From: an uncultured Desulfobacterales bacterium | GTDB taxonomy: Bacteria > Desulfobacterota > Desulfobacteria > Desulfobacterales > B30-G6 | Length of the DNA stretch: 64,000 nt | Assembly (NCBI GenBank): GCA_964435695.1 | Contig: CAYTAQ010000002.1 | Location: 5,187-69,186, forward strand | Direction: 5' to 3' | In this document: piece after piece, positions 29,123-39,101 of the stretch | Layout: each line of letters begins with the position of its first letter | Numbering within the stretch: the stretch's first letter is position 1 | Made by a program: the position numbers and the translations under genes | Notes under the pieces: generated by a model | Database searches by the model: none | What the model was told of the DNA's origin: nothing | What the model saw: only the letters and a program-made list of their open reading frames with translations

Positions 29123-29761
29123 TCAAATCATCGAAACTTTTAATTCATTTCCCGGGTTATGGTCGATTAATACGCCGGCATGGTTCCGGCCCATGGAACA
29201 ATTGACAACAGCGGTTTCACCAATGCAGGCAATGCCCGCGCATTCGTGTACATGACCGCAGATCACCATGCGGGGGTGATGTTTTTCAATAAAGCGGCGC
29301 AGCCCTGAGCTTCCGACATGAAAACGCCCAAAGGCGATGTCAAGGATGCCACGCGGCGGCGGATGCACGACCAAAATGGTTTTCCTGTCAATCCAGGGCG
29401 CAATCCTTTTCAATACAGATGCTTCATTGAAGCGTATCTTTGAGTGGAACGGGATGGCGATGGTGCCGCTGATTCCAACAAATGGCACTGAATGGATGAC
29501 AAATCGAGACAGATGAATGGATGTAATATGTTGAAACTGTCCGCTCAGACGGTCCACTTTTTTTAAATCAGTATTGCCGCGGATGGCTAAAACAGGGATG
29601 GAAAAGGCATTGATTCGGCTCAAAATCTGAGCCGGCGACACAAAGCTCGTGATGTCTCCGGCCGCCACCAGCACCTGGGGGTGAAACATGGCAATATTCC
29701 GTCTGATACGATTGAGGCGATCCGGCTTCCCATGGATGTCGGCAACAGCGTAGATTCGCAT
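29123..29761 (-). CDS. metallophosphoesterase
   Basis: MRIYAVADIHG, AGD, GNTD and GHVH motifs. Confidence 0.75.
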   Translation of the reverse strand: MRIYAVADIHGKPDRLNRIRRNIAMFHPQVLVAAGDITSFVSPAQILSRINAFSIPVLAIRGNTDLKKVDRLSGQFQHITSIHLSRFVIHSVPFVGISGTIAIPFHSKIRFNEASVLKRIAPWIDRKTILVVHPPPRGILDIAFGRFHVGSSGLRRFIEKHHPRMVICGHVHECAGIACIGETAVVNCSMGRNHAGVLIDHNPGNELKVSMI

Positions 29762-29867
29762 GTCCAGATCCTTAACAATTGACTATCGATTAACCTGCAG
29801 GTATAGTTCCGATTCAGGTTTATATCACACCCGCATCTATTTTTAACCCTAAAAAAGGAGAATTCTC

Positions 29868-30629
29868 ATGGGAAATCTTTCCTATGCGCTTGACGATAAG
29901 GTCTTCGTCGTGACCGGCGGCAGCCGGGGCATCGGGTTGACCATCGCCGAACTTCTGCTGGCACAGCGTGCAAAAATTGTTATCTGCGGGAGAAAGCAGG
30001 AAGGGCTCGATGCCGCTAAGGATGCTTTAAAGGGAGGTGATCGCCTGTTGGCGGTTCAGGCGCATTGTGCAAAGGCAGACGATGTTGACAAGCTGTTCAA
30101 TCAGACACGTGAAGCCTACGGCCGATTGGACGGCCTGATACATGCTGTCGGTATGAATATTATTTCTACGGTTGTCGATGCGGATGTTTCCTTGTGGCAC
30201 AAAATTATCGATTCCAATCTGAACGCCGCGTTTCTATGTGCCCGCAAAGCCGGTCAGGTCATGCGGGAACAAAAACACGGCAAAATCGTAAGCATATCAT
30301 CTCTGGCCGGCAGAAGGTCCGCACCGGCAATGGGTATCTACGGGATTGCCAAAGCCGCCATTGAAATGATGACTAAGGTGCTGGCTCAGGAATTGGCCAT
30401 GTTCAATATACAGGTGAACGCAGTGGCCCCCACCATGGTTCGGACGAAATTCAGCGAACCCTTCTGGTCCAATAAAGACTTTTATCGGGAAATCGTGAAA
30501 ACCATACCCCTTGGCAGGATTGCGGAACCGATTGAGATAGCGCATCCGACCCTTTTTTTGTGTTCTGCTGCTGCTGATTTCATCACCGGTCAGACCATTA
30601 TGGTGGATGGCGGGGCCAGTGCCATATAA
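29868..30629 (+). CDS. SDR-family oxidoreductase (FabG-like)
   Basis: TGGSRGIG cofactor motif and YxxxK (YGIAKAA); strong AAGGAG RBS. Confidence 0.85.
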   Translation: MGNLSYALDDKVFVVTGGSRGIGLTIAELLLAQRAKIVICGRKQEGLDAAKDALKGGDRLLAVQAHCAKADDVDKLFNQTREAYGRLDGLIHAVGMNIISTVVDADVSLWHKIIDSNLNAAFLCARKAGQVMREQKHGKIVSISSLAGRRSAPAMGIYGIAKAAIEMMTKVLAQELAMFNIQVNAVAPTMVRTKFSEPFWSNKDFYREIVKTIPLGRIAEPIEIAHPTLFLCSAAADFITGQTIMVDGGASAI

Positions 30630-30683
30630 TCAGGATTCCAGGAGGCAACGGTCCAAGGGACCGGGTGAAAAACAAAAAAAACC

Positions 30684-30752
30684 ATCACGAAAACACGAAA
30701 TATGGAAAACACGAATATTTATTTTTTTCCATGTTTTCGTCATTTCGTGATA
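30684..30752. repeat. full copy of the ATCACGAAA inverted-repeat element
   Basis: ATCACGAAAACACGAAATATGGAAAACACGAA ... TTCCATGTTTTCGTCATTTCGTGAT has arms built from CACGAAA / TTTCGTG units. Confidence 0.8.
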
Positions 30753-30761
30753 AAGATTTGC

Positions 30762-31451
30762 ATGAAGAATCACCAACAAATTGTACCATTCGTGTGCCGG
30801 GGAACAGTGCCCGTATTATCCTGGGCTTTCGTGCTGTTGCTCAGTGGTTGCATCGGTTTGATTGTTAAACCGTACGGACATGTCGCAGCCGATGCCGAAA
30901 ATGTTAGAGAAGATGGCCGTCCTGTTGTTATACCGAAAAATGCGCCTTCAATTTCCCAGGGGTACCGCCCTGAGCGTTCAGACGAAATGACGCAGAAAAC
31001 TTCTCCCGGTCACCATGGCATAGATATCATCGCCAAAACCGGAACACCGGTGATTGCTTCGGCCGCAGGGGTGGTTATCCGTTCATACTTTGATCTGTTT
31101 TATGGAAATCGTATTACGATAGACCACGGCAAGGACGTCAACGGACAGTTCATTCAAAGCAGATATCTCCACCTGAAAAAGAAACTGGTGAAGGAAGGCG
31201 ACACCGTCGCCCGCGGACAGCCAATCGGCACATTGGGCAGGACCGGCCTTTTAGCCGGCTTTCCGCATTTGCATTATGAAATTCGCGTCAGCGATCCGTC
31301 GGCTCCAACACAACTTGAGTCAACCAACCCGCACAAATTCTGGGCGGATGGCGTCGGTATCGTGACATGTTTTGAAAAGGGCCGGCAAAGGCCGGACCGA
31401 CCCTTTCAAACAACCTATCCTGTCCCCTGTCTTGGCGTTGCCTGGCAATAA
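30762..31451 (+). CDS. M23-family metallopeptidase, lipoprotein
   Basis: HHGIDI and HLHYEI motifs with lipobox LLLSGC. The track start at 30702 lies inside the repeat element; the ATG at 30762 gives a normal signal peptide. Confidence 0.8.
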   Translation: MKNHQQIVPFVCRGTVPVLSWAFVLLLSGCIGLIVKPYGHVAADAENVREDGRPVVIPKNAPSISQGYRPERSDEMTQKTSPGHHGIDIIAKTGTPVIASAAGVVIRSYFDLFYGNRITIDHGKDVNGQFIQSRYLHLKKKLVKEGDTVARGQPIGTLGRTGLLAGFPHLHYEIRVSDPSAPTQLESTNPHKFWADGVGIVTCFEKGRQRPDRPFQTTYPVPCLGVAWQ

Positions 31452-31603
31452 TTTTTTCCCGGCGCTTCAATAACAATTGGTTCTTGATAATTAAGGCTCT
31501 TTTCCCGCAGAGATTGACAATTTCTAACTCATGGTAATATTTCATGATACGGCTTCAATGGCCGACAGGTGATTACCTTTTAAACAGAAAACGGGCAAAG
31601 GAA

Positions 31604-32125
31604 ATGAAAAAATACATCAGAGCAAATAAAATATATATAAAAGATATCGTGCTGAAAATTATGCTCCTTGTTACCCTATCGGTATTTCTAGGATGCAGCG
31701 GGCATTACGGACGACTGGCTGTCAATGATGCTGTAAAAATACAGTTTGAAGATTACGAGATCCTTTCCGATTATCACTATTACTACAGCGGATCTTTTGC
31801 AAGACCAAGGGCTGTGATCGGCATTCATGAAGCATACACGCTGCAATCCGATTTATGGGTGCCGGTGGCGTTGACACGCGACCGCCTCAAGGATTGGGTG
31901 AATTATTACGGTTCTCAAACAAATTACTTACAGGGGAGCAACGGATCGGACATCCTTACGGAAGATGGTAAAAAAATAGGTGTCTGGTATGCCTTTATCG
32001 ATTGGAAAGATTGGGCGACCGTGAAAATGATCGATAAAAAGGTCGTCAGCATCAGCACGCCCATTGTTCGGGAAAAAGAAAAATTTATCTGGGGCTGGGG
32101 TCTTACAACAACACCCGATGAATAA
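31604..32125 (+). CDS. hypothetical lipoprotein
   Basis: MKKYIR...LVTLSVFLGCSG lipobox with AAAGGAA RBS. The track start at 31544 is less likely. Confidence 0.55.
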   Translation: MKKYIRANKIYIKDIVLKIMLLVTLSVFLGCSGHYGRLAVNDAVKIQFEDYEILSDYHYYYSGSFARPRAVIGIHEAYTLQSDLWVPVALTRDRLKDWVNYYGSQTNYLQGSNGSDILTEDGKKIGVWYAFIDWKDWATVKMIDKKVVSISTPIVREKEKFIWGWGLTTTPDE

Positions 32126-32178
32126 CTATCTTGCAAAATTCAGGAAATAATTTCTAAAGCAGCGGGTCGACTTGTCAA

Positions 32179-33174
32179 TCAAGCAGGTCCGATCTTTACA
32201 TATCGTTCGCAGAAACGGCCTTTCGGGAAGCCGATAAATTCGGAATAGGCGTTCATGGCGTTCTTTATACCTTGTCGTTTCAGGACCGGACCGTCGAGCT
32301 GGGATCGATATGCCATGATGGCATCCAGTTTTTGGTCAATTGTATGGCTGACATCGTAAGCCTCCGCGGAAAAAATCCATCCCTTATCAAATACGTTTTG
32401 GCTGGTTTTTAAAATGTATTGAGTATAAAGACCGAAAATCAGGATAAACAGCAAATACAACGGCCTGGTAATTATTGCGGCCAATTTGAAAGAGGGGATG
32501 CTGGATAACAGTTCCACCGCATTTATATAGGCGGATGGTTGAACCGGGTTGAAAATCTCATTTTTGTTTTGCGGCACCAGCCGAAGCCAGCCGGTAATCT
32601 TCATGCGGTAATGGAGCATATTCGGGAAAAGCACATAGGGGTAATCTTCGTAAAAGAAAATACGGCATGTTTTTATTTCTTTGCTCAAGAGTTGGGCACC
32701 GGCTTGAAATACGATCTGGTGATCCATGTGCTGCCCTATCGCCATGGGGAGTATCAGATTTTTGCAACCCGTTTTTCTGCAGATATCCAGCAAGTCGGCT
32801 GCAAGCGCATGAGATAATGTCACGTTGGACGGCGTTTTGCGAAAACAGGGCCAGTAACGGAATAAAGGGATGTTTTCCCGGAAAAGGATTTCCCGGTAGC
32901 CGAGCCAGATAAAATCGACGCCCAGGGACGCCATGGCGGCTTTATCCTCAGCGCGGCGCCGATCATAGTTGAGCAGCTTTCGGTATGCTTTCTTCCTGAA
33001 TGGGTTTTCTCCGGGGATATGTGAGGTGAAAACAGTGACGACCAGAACGTTTTCACCCATTTCCTTGCGGTCGACAATTCGACCGCCGCAGGATACGACA
33101 GCATCGTCAAAATGAGGAGAGACAACCACATGATCGTAGCGACGGGTAATGGCGTCAATATTTGGTAGCTGCAT
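32179..33174 (-). CDS. PIG-L/LmbE-family deacetylase
   Basis: The VVVSPHFDDAVVSCGG motif follows MQLPNIDAI.. (ATG at 33174). The track ORF extends to 33339 through the repeat element and overlaps the upstream gene. Confidence 0.7.
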   Translation of the reverse strand: MQLPNIDAITRRYDHVVVSPHFDDAVVSCGGRIVDRKEMGENVLVVTVFTSHIPGENPFRKKAYRKLLNYDRRRAEDKAAMASLGVDFIWLGYREILFRENIPLFRYWPCFRKTPSNVTLSHALAADLLDICRKTGCKNLILPMAIGQHMDHQIVFQAGAQLLSKEIKTCRIFFYEDYPYVLFPNMLHYRMKITGWLRLVPQNKNEIFNPVQPSAYINAVELLSSIPSFKLAAIITRPLYLLFILIFGLYTQYILKTSQNVFDKGWIFSAEAYDVSHTIDQKLDAIMAYRSQLDGPVLKRQGIKNAMNAYSEFIGFPKGRFCERYVKIGPA

Positions 33175-33213
33175 AAAACGTATTATGGTGACGTTTTGGG
33201 AATTATAATTATT

Positions 33214-33276
33214 ATCACGAAAGGACGAAAACACAAAAAGAGATTGAAAAATTTCGTGTTTTCGTCCTTTCGTGAT
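33214..33276. repeat. best-preserved copy of the ATCACGAAA inverted-repeat element
   Basis: ATCACGAAAGGACGAAAACAC-aaaaagagattgaaaaattt-CGTGTTTTCGTCCTTTCGTGAT has arms of about 21 bp that are almost perfectly complementary. Confidence 0.85.
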
Positions 33277-33286
33277 GGATATTTTT

Positions 33287-34738
33287 TCACTGTTCCGCCC
33301 TGCGCCATGCGGCATATTGTACCAGGGCTGCAACGGCACGGGCAGCTCGATGCGGACAAGACAATACGGGCATGTTTCGTTCCCGCATTCCCTTTACGAT
33401 CGGTTCACTGTCTGAATGAAATGTATATCCTACGACCGGCTTTTGATGGGTTACAGATAGGTTTTTGATCCTATCGCATATACTGTCCATGATCTTGGCG
33501 GTTTCGTTATCGATTTGATCCGGCGGGATACCGAAACCTGTCAGCGCCTGTCTGAAGAGGTGTGTGGGCAACAGCAAGTAGATCAACAGGATGTCATAGA
33601 TGTCACCTTCAAGAAGATGGCCGGGTATTTTAAAAAAATAATCCATATGATCCTTTGAAAAGGTAATGTCGAGCGGATTGCTGATGCTTCCGGTATGCGG
33701 GATGAGGGCAGAGAGCTTATCCTGCAGGCTTAAGGGCATCAACGGTATCTTAAGACCCAAGCGGTTACAGGCATCCGCAGCCACGGCGCCCGGGCCGCCT
33801 GAATGGGTTTGGATTACGACCCTGTTTCCGTCCGGAAGCGGAGCGGATCCCAGAATGGAGCAAATATCGAACATCTCTTGGATCGATTCGGCGCGGAGGA
33901 CGTTGCTTTGTCGAAAGACGCCGTCATAAAGGCTGTCCGGTCCGGATAATGCGCCGGTGTGGGACATGCTTGCCCGTTTCCCGGATTCCGACCCACCGAC
34001 GTAATAGGCAACAATCGGTTTGTGCGGTACGATGGATTTGGCGGCATCGATAAACTTTCTTCCCTGCCGAATGGCTTCAATATAAAGACAGATGACTTTT
34101 GTATGGGGACAGGCGGCAAGGTATTCCATGCAGTCGACAATATCGATATTTGCCTCGTTTCCTACACTGATGGCGGTACTGAAGCCCATTTGCATTCTTG
34201 AAAGATAGTCAAACATCTGGGTAATAAAGCTTCCGCTTTGCGACGCCATGCCGACAAATCCGGGATCACCCTGATAAGGCAGGAATGTTGTATTTAATTT
34301 ATGGTGCGGATTGGCAATTCCAAGGCAGTTGGGTCCGAGAAACCGCATACCATAGCGGTTGGCGATATGAATAATCGTCTTTTCCAGCTGAATCCCTTTT
34401 CCGCCGACTTCCCGGAATCCTCCTGATACCACAATAGCGTTTTGAATGCCTTTTTTACCACACTGCTCCATTATTTCCGGTACAATGCGGGTCGGCAAGA
34501 CAAGAACAGCAAGATCGGGCGCTTCCGGGAGATCCTGAACCTTTTGAAATGCCGTTAAGCCCAATACATGCGTCTCTTTCGGATGAATCGGATAAATGCG
34601 ACCTGAAAATCCGAGCTTTAAAATAGAGGCGAGCTGGCTGGTCCCCATGGAAGAAAAATTGTTGGAAGCGCCGAAGAATGCGATGCTTTCCGGATTGATC
34701 ATACGGTAAAGGAGAGGGGATTTCGTGGATAAATGCAT
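33287..34738 (-). CDS. CoA-binding / ADP-forming acyl-CoA synthetase alpha-type protein (no ATP-grasp part)
   Basis: INPESIAFFGASNN.. CoA-binding start, succinyl-CoA-ligase-like flavodoxin domain pattern, and the histidine loop region MSHTGALSG. Confidence 0.7.
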   Translation of the reverse strand: MHLSTKSPLLYRMINPESIAFFGASNNFSSMGTSQLASILKLGFSGRIYPIHPKETHVLGLTAFQKVQDLPEAPDLAVLVLPTRIVPEIMEQCGKKGIQNAIVVSGGFREVGGKGIQLEKTIIHIANRYGMRFLGPNCLGIANPHHKLNTTFLPYQGDPGFVGMASQSGSFITQMFDYLSRMQMGFSTAISVGNEANIDIVDCMEYLAACPHTKVICLYIEAIRQGRKFIDAAKSIVPHKPIVAYYVGGSESGKRASMSHTGALSGPDSLYDGVFRQSNVLRAESIQEMFDICSILGSAPLPDGNRVVIQTHSGGPGAVAADACNRLGLKIPLMPLSLQDKLSALIPHTGSISNPLDITFSKDHMDYFFKIPGHLLEGDIYDILLIYLLLPTHLFRQALTGFGIPPDQIDNETAKIMDSICDRIKNLSVTHQKPVVGYTFHSDSEPIVKGMRERNMPVLSCPHRAARAVAALVQYAAWRRAEQ

Positions 34739-34745
34739 GCTGGGT

Positions 34746-35819
34746 CTACTTAGGGCTCACAATGGGTTTCCCCTGCCAATTTTTTCTGGGTTCCGGGAGG
34801 ACTCTTTGTTCTTTTAGCTTTCTTCTTTCAACGCCGCCCTTATCTAGGTATTCTTTTAAATTTCGACGGCGCCGGTCGGGGTGGATCCTGCGATCGAATT
34901 TGCTCCGCTCTTTTTTTTCGACAATACTCCCTTCCGCTTCATTTTTCACAAGAATGCCAATGATTTTTTTCAGATACCTGTCGGTTTTACTCACGTGAAA
35001 TCGGCAGGATCCCGCCCCAGGATGACCGCCGCCTTCAAAATATGAAAGCATCTGGCCTACATTCACGCGGCAATTTTTATTCAGGATGCTGTGCCCGATT
35101 TTTACGACCAGCATCTCTTTTGTTTCATCTTGAAACCCGATTTTGATGCTGGCGACGGCATCCGGAAACATGGAGTATGCCAGAAAGCGGTTTCCCCGTG
35201 GCAGGGTGTCGAATTGACGGAAATCGGTTATGGCGATGTGATCCCTGACTACCGTATGTCTTTCAAGAAGTGTTTTATAACCTTTGTTTTCCTGAATCTT
35301 GGCATCGCATCGTTCTCGAACATTCGGATCGGACATGACATCTGTTATAGAGCGTTCACGCAGCAGGTTGACCAAATGATTCCAATAGGGTTCGTCAGAT
35401 ATCGTTTGGTTTTGAATGGTCATTGAGAGCAATACATAGGGGAAGCGTTCCGGAAACAGGATTTCATCCAATGATAAGTCAGCGGAATCGATTTTGTCGG
35501 TTTCTCGCACAAGTTCGGCGTAATCCCGCTTGAATTTTCCCTGGTAATATTTAAAAATCAAGCCTGCGGCGGAAGGGGCCATGCTGAAAAGTCCCTCGAA
35601 GGAACGCCTGATCCGGTTTGAGAAATGATGATCAAACCATAGGCTGCAGCGGTTGTCATAAGGCAAATTGGCAATGATATCGCCAGATTGAATCTCAACC
35701 AGACCCTTTTGCATATCATTGGGCGCAGCCCACATCACCGGAACGGATATGGTTTCGGCATCAAAAAGAAGCACGGCACAGACGACCCCGTCAAAATCAG
35801 GTCGCGTTACGATGCGCAT
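34746..35819 (-). CDS. DHH-like phosphoesterase-family protein with strongly basic C-terminal tail
   Basis: MRIVTRPDFDGVVCA and DHHFSN motifs. The last ~60 aa are rich in K/R (..DRRIHPDRRRRNLKEYLDKGGVERRKLKEQR..). Confidence 0.45.
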   Translation of the reverse strand: MRIVTRPDFDGVVCAVLLFDAETISVPVMWAAPNDMQKGLVEIQSGDIIANLPYDNRCSLWFDHHFSNRIRRSFEGLFSMAPSAAGLIFKYYQGKFKRDYAELVRETDKIDSADLSLDEILFPERFPYVLLSMTIQNQTISDEPYWNHLVNLLRERSITDVMSDPNVRERCDAKIQENKGYKTLLERHTVVRDHIAITDFRQFDTLPRGNRFLAYSMFPDAVASIKIGFQDETKEMLVVKIGHSILNKNCRVNVGQMLSYFEGGGHPGAGSCRFHVSKTDRYLKKIIGILVKNEAEGSIVEKKERSKFDRRIHPDRRRRNLKEYLDKGGVERRKLKEQRVLPEPRKNWQGKPIVSPK

Positions 35820-36076
35820 GGTGTTGTCTCCTGTCGATTCATTAAAAATAAATAATCATACTTTTAAATTCAATAAAGTCAATAGAATAGATTTTACAGG
35901 CGTATAAAAACCGGCTAAAGGAATTTTGTTTGACTTCAAAAATCCTATCAATTAGGTTAGATACGTTTTTAACAGATATGCTTTCCATATAAGATCGCTA
36001 ATTCTTTTTCTCATCGTAATTTTGCCGCCGGTGTCAACGGGCTGTTTACGAGGAGGCAATTAAAGGAAAATGCAGA

Positions 36077-36988
36077 ATGGATCGGTCGATTAAAATACTG
36101 GTAACCGTGCTAATCGTAGCAATTGTCGGATTTCTCGGATACAGCCAAGTCAAACGATGGCATCAGTCCTCCATCCATGAGGTTATGGAGAAGGATAGCG
36201 CCGACTGTGAAAAACGCCTGGCAAGCCTAAGGGAGGAGATGCTCAAGGTTGTCGAAGAAATGAAACAACTCAATGAGAGCGGTTTCGGAGCGTATGAACA
36301 GCGTCTCTCGGAAATATTCGGGGAAGATTCCGACCGTTTGTCCTTTGGAGAGGAGATCAGCTGCACCGACCTGGAACTGCAGGTGAGGACATTTATCGAC
36401 TATTTGTCGAGACAAGACTATATGGATCCATATAAGGGAAAGGGCGGCGTTCAGAAATTAATCGGCGAAATCAATCGCAGCCTGTCCAAATCCCCACCGG
36501 CGCTTTCCGGTGAAATGGAAGACCTCGTCAGCCTTATTCGCAATGTCACCCACCTTTACCGGCAGTTGGGAAAGGAACGGATTGCGATTGTCAAAAGCAT
36601 ATTGAAAAACGAAGCCGACATCATTGAAACCGTCATCGCCATTTTCTATAACTATGTTTCTTCGGCAAACCGATGCCCGAACCTCATTATCAGCGCACCT
36701 TCCCAGGATGTTCTCTATCGATATGCAGGCTATTTTCTGAACACGTTGTCCGGACGGAGCTGCCTGTTGCGGCGGGATTTAAAGATACGCGTATTAGCGA
36801 CGTATTATTCAGTTCTCATCATCGACCAGGCAAATGATGATATGCTGAATTCATACGGTATCGATATCCGTCCGTTTATCGATTATTCATTTTATGAGGT
36901 GAGCAGCCAAAGAGGATTGATCTACCAGCGGCAGTATCTTAAAAAGTTAAACGAGTTAAAGAAAAAATATCAGGAGATCCAGGGGTAG
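36077..36988 (+). CDS. hypothetical protein with N-terminal membrane anchor
   Basis: A 303-aa ORF with a single N-terminal TM (ILVTVLIVAIVGFLGY) and an RBS. No motif recognised. Confidence 0.5.
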   Translation: MDRSIKILVTVLIVAIVGFLGYSQVKRWHQSSIHEVMEKDSADCEKRLASLREEMLKVVEEMKQLNESGFGAYEQRLSEIFGEDSDRLSFGEEISCTDLELQVRTFIDYLSRQDYMDPYKGKGGVQKLIGEINRSLSKSPPALSGEMEDLVSLIRNVTHLYRQLGKERIAIVKSILKNEADIIETVIAIFYNYVSSANRCPNLIISAPSQDVLYRYAGYFLNTLSGRSCLLRRDLKIRVLATYYSVLIIDQANDDMLNSYGIDIRPFIDYSFYEVSSQRGLIYQRQYLKKLNELKKKYQEIQG

Positions 36989-36991
36989 CGG

Positions 36992-38017
36992 ATGATTGAT
37001 TTACGAAGCGATACGGTGACAAGGCCGACCCATGCCATGCGAAAGGCCATGGCCGAAGCAGCGGTGGGGGATGATGTTTACGGGGAAGATCCTACGGTGA
37101 ACCGTCTCGAAAATATGGCGGCTGAAATGCTCGGAAAAGAGGCGGCCGTGCTGGCGGCCAGCGGCACCCAAAGCAACCTCATGGCGGTTTTGAGCCATTG
37201 TGAAAGAGGCGATGAATATATTGTCGGGCAACAGGCCCATACGTATCGATATGAAGGCGGAGGCGCGGCGGTCTTTGGCAGCATTCAACCGCAGCCCATC
37301 GAATTCGAGCCGGACGGCACGCTGGATCTTGACAAAGTTGTTCGGGCGATTAAGCCGGATGATTTCCATTTTCCCCGCACCCGGCTCCTGTGCCTTGAGA
37401 ATACACAAGCGGGCAAAGTGCTGCCGTTAACGTATTTGGAAAGGGCCGGTGCAGTTGCCGGAGAAAATGGACTGGGCCGCCATTTGGACGGTGCCCGGTT
37501 GTTTAATGCTTCTGTAAAGCTCAATGTCCCACCCGGCGAGATCTCGCGTCATTTTGATACGGTTTCCATATGCCTTTCAAAAGGTCTGGGGGCGCCTGTC
37601 GGGTCTTTGCTGTGCGGATCAGTCGATCTCGTCAAAAAAGCCAGGAGATGGCGAAAAGTGTTGGGGGGCGGTATGCGGCAGGTTGGTGTACTGGCGGCGG
37701 CTGGTATCGTTGCCTTGAATGATCACATCGAAAGATTGGCCGAGGACCACGAAAATGCAGTGATTTTGGCGGAGGGGCTGACGGGTATCGAAGAAATCAC
37801 CATCGATAAAACGACGGTACAAACCAATATGGTGTTTGTTTCTCTAAAACAAGGGAATTCCGAAGCGCTCAAAGCTTTTTTAGCGGAGAAGGGCGTTTTA
37901 ATAAGCAGCGGGAACCCCATTCGGTTGGTCACGCACCTGGATGTAACCACCGATGATGTGCATACAGCAGTGGATGTATTTAGAATATACTTTAGCAAGC
38001 ATCACAAAAGTGTTTGA
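36992..38017 (+). CDS. ltaE: low-specificity L-threonine aldolase
   Basis: IDLRSDTVTRPT start, and a PLP-lysine region (SICLSKGLGAPVGS). Confidence 0.85.
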   Translation: MIDLRSDTVTRPTHAMRKAMAEAAVGDDVYGEDPTVNRLENMAAEMLGKEAAVLAASGTQSNLMAVLSHCERGDEYIVGQQAHTYRYEGGGAAVFGSIQPQPIEFEPDGTLDLDKVVRAIKPDDFHFPRTRLLCLENTQAGKVLPLTYLERAGAVAGENGLGRHLDGARLFNASVKLNVPPGEISRHFDTVSICLSKGLGAPVGSLLCGSVDLVKKARRWRKVLGGGMRQVGVLAAAGIVALNDHIERLAEDHENAVILAEGLTGIEEITIDKTTVQTNMVFVSLKQGNSEALKAFLAEKGVLISSGNPIRLVTHLDVTTDDVHTAVDVFRIYFSKHHKSV

Positions 38018-38049
38018 CCCAAACTTAGATTTCTGGAATGGAGTTTTAT

Positions 38050-38349
38050 ATGAGTCAATTGCTAAAAAATCACCAATGGGTTTACGTGGTCGTTCAGGAC
38101 CCGGGAAAAGACGAGCAATACCTGGGTCAATATGAAACCAAAAGCGACACAGCCTTCATCCCCGTTTTCATTGAAAAGGAGCATGCGCTCATGTGTATGA
38201 ATCTGCTGGTGAAAGATAAAGGGAAAAAATATGAGGTTCAGGCGGTTATATATGAAGAATTGGCAGAACATGCCGGAGCGGGAGGTTTTAAGTTGTATGT
38301 CCTGAACAATGAGGGAACGATCCAGGAAAAAATATCCCCCCTCTTATAG
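38050..38349 (+). CDS. small hypothetical protein
   Basis: GGAG lies 7 nt before the ATG at 38050; the track start is 38038. About 100 aa with no motif recognised. Confidence 0.45.
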   Translation: MSQLLKNHQWVYVVVQDPGKDEQYLGQYETKSDTAFIPVFIEKEHALMCMNLLVKDKGKKYEVQAVIYEELAEHAGAGGFKLYVLNNEGTIQEKISPLL

Positions 38350-39099
38350 AAGATAGCTCCTTGGTCTGCCGGCAATAATGCCTTGCTTCAACTTCACAAT
38401 AAAATAGATAATTGAAAACACATAGGCCGGCAGGTATAACCACCAGGCAAAAGGTCTCGGAACACCTGTGTGCACAATATGGCCGGGAACCTGCAAAATA
38501 TTCTTCCAGTCCCAGCAAAAGGCTACGATCAGGAGCAGGCCGCATCCCAGTTCAATAACCGTATCGTACCAGCGCCAGTTAATATGATATCCTTTTTCAT
38601 CGTAATAGATAATCAGAGAGCCCGCCACCACCATGGCAATCGCTATTAATACGGGGGTGAGCACCGGCCCCACCCAGGGCAGGGGCACATAGAACAAAAG
38701 ATCCCATGTCATGAGGCTTTCCGGCCAGCCCACCATGACATACAGCCAGATGTAGTAACATATGTCCCACAGCCCGAAAGCAATCATAAAAAAACAAGAT
38801 TTTTGAAATTTATTCCTTCCGGCAATCCAGCCTACCGCTATGAGAATGATTATTGTGGCAATTTCCCGGCCGAACTCAATGCGAACCAGCGGGTCGACAA
38901 CGCGTTTGCCGCCCTCCCAGTTGATTACCAGGGGAAAACTGAACCCTCCGTCAAAGTATATCTCACGGAGATATACAACCACAGCGCTCTCGACCCATGC
39001 AAACGCAATGGAAAAAACTACAACCCAAACCCAATTTTTAAAGACGTCATTAGCATATCCTTTGGATTCAGCCTCGAAGTCGTTATTTTCTAAGGCCAT
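38344..39099 (-). CDS. integral membrane protein, unknown function
   Basis: 251 aa with about 7 hydrophobic, Trp-rich segments. It begins 2 nt after the PAP2 gene stop. Confidence 0.55.
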   Translation of the reverse strand: MALENNDFEAESKGYANDVFKNWVWVVVFSIAFAWVESAVVVYLREIYFDGGFSFPLVINWEGGKRVVDPLVRIEFGREIATIIILIAVGWIAGRNKFQKSCFFMIAFGLWDICYYIWLYVMVGWPESLMTWDLLFYVPLPWVGPVLTPVLIAIAMVVAGSLIIYYDEKGYHINWRWYDTVIELGCGLLLIVAFCWDWKNILQVPGHIVHTGVPRPFAWWLYLPAYVFSIIYFIVKLKQGIIAGRPRSYLL

Positions 39100-39101
39100 G
39101 A

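Noticed and set aside
31514-31540. TTGACA ... TAATAT as the promoter of the lipoprotein gene
   Set aside because: The spacer is 15 nt (or 17 nt to a weak ATATTT). It is plausible but not strong enough to annotate.
33175-33339. N-terminal extensions of track ORFs: 33339 (PIG-L), 30702 (M23), 45340 (CT1), 54267 (porin) and 31544 (lipoprotein)
   Set aside because: The extensions translate repeat elements or lack an RBS. Internal ATGs with a Shine-Dalgarno sequence give canonical N-termini or signal peptides. The 33339 start would also overlap the upstream gene by 52 nt.
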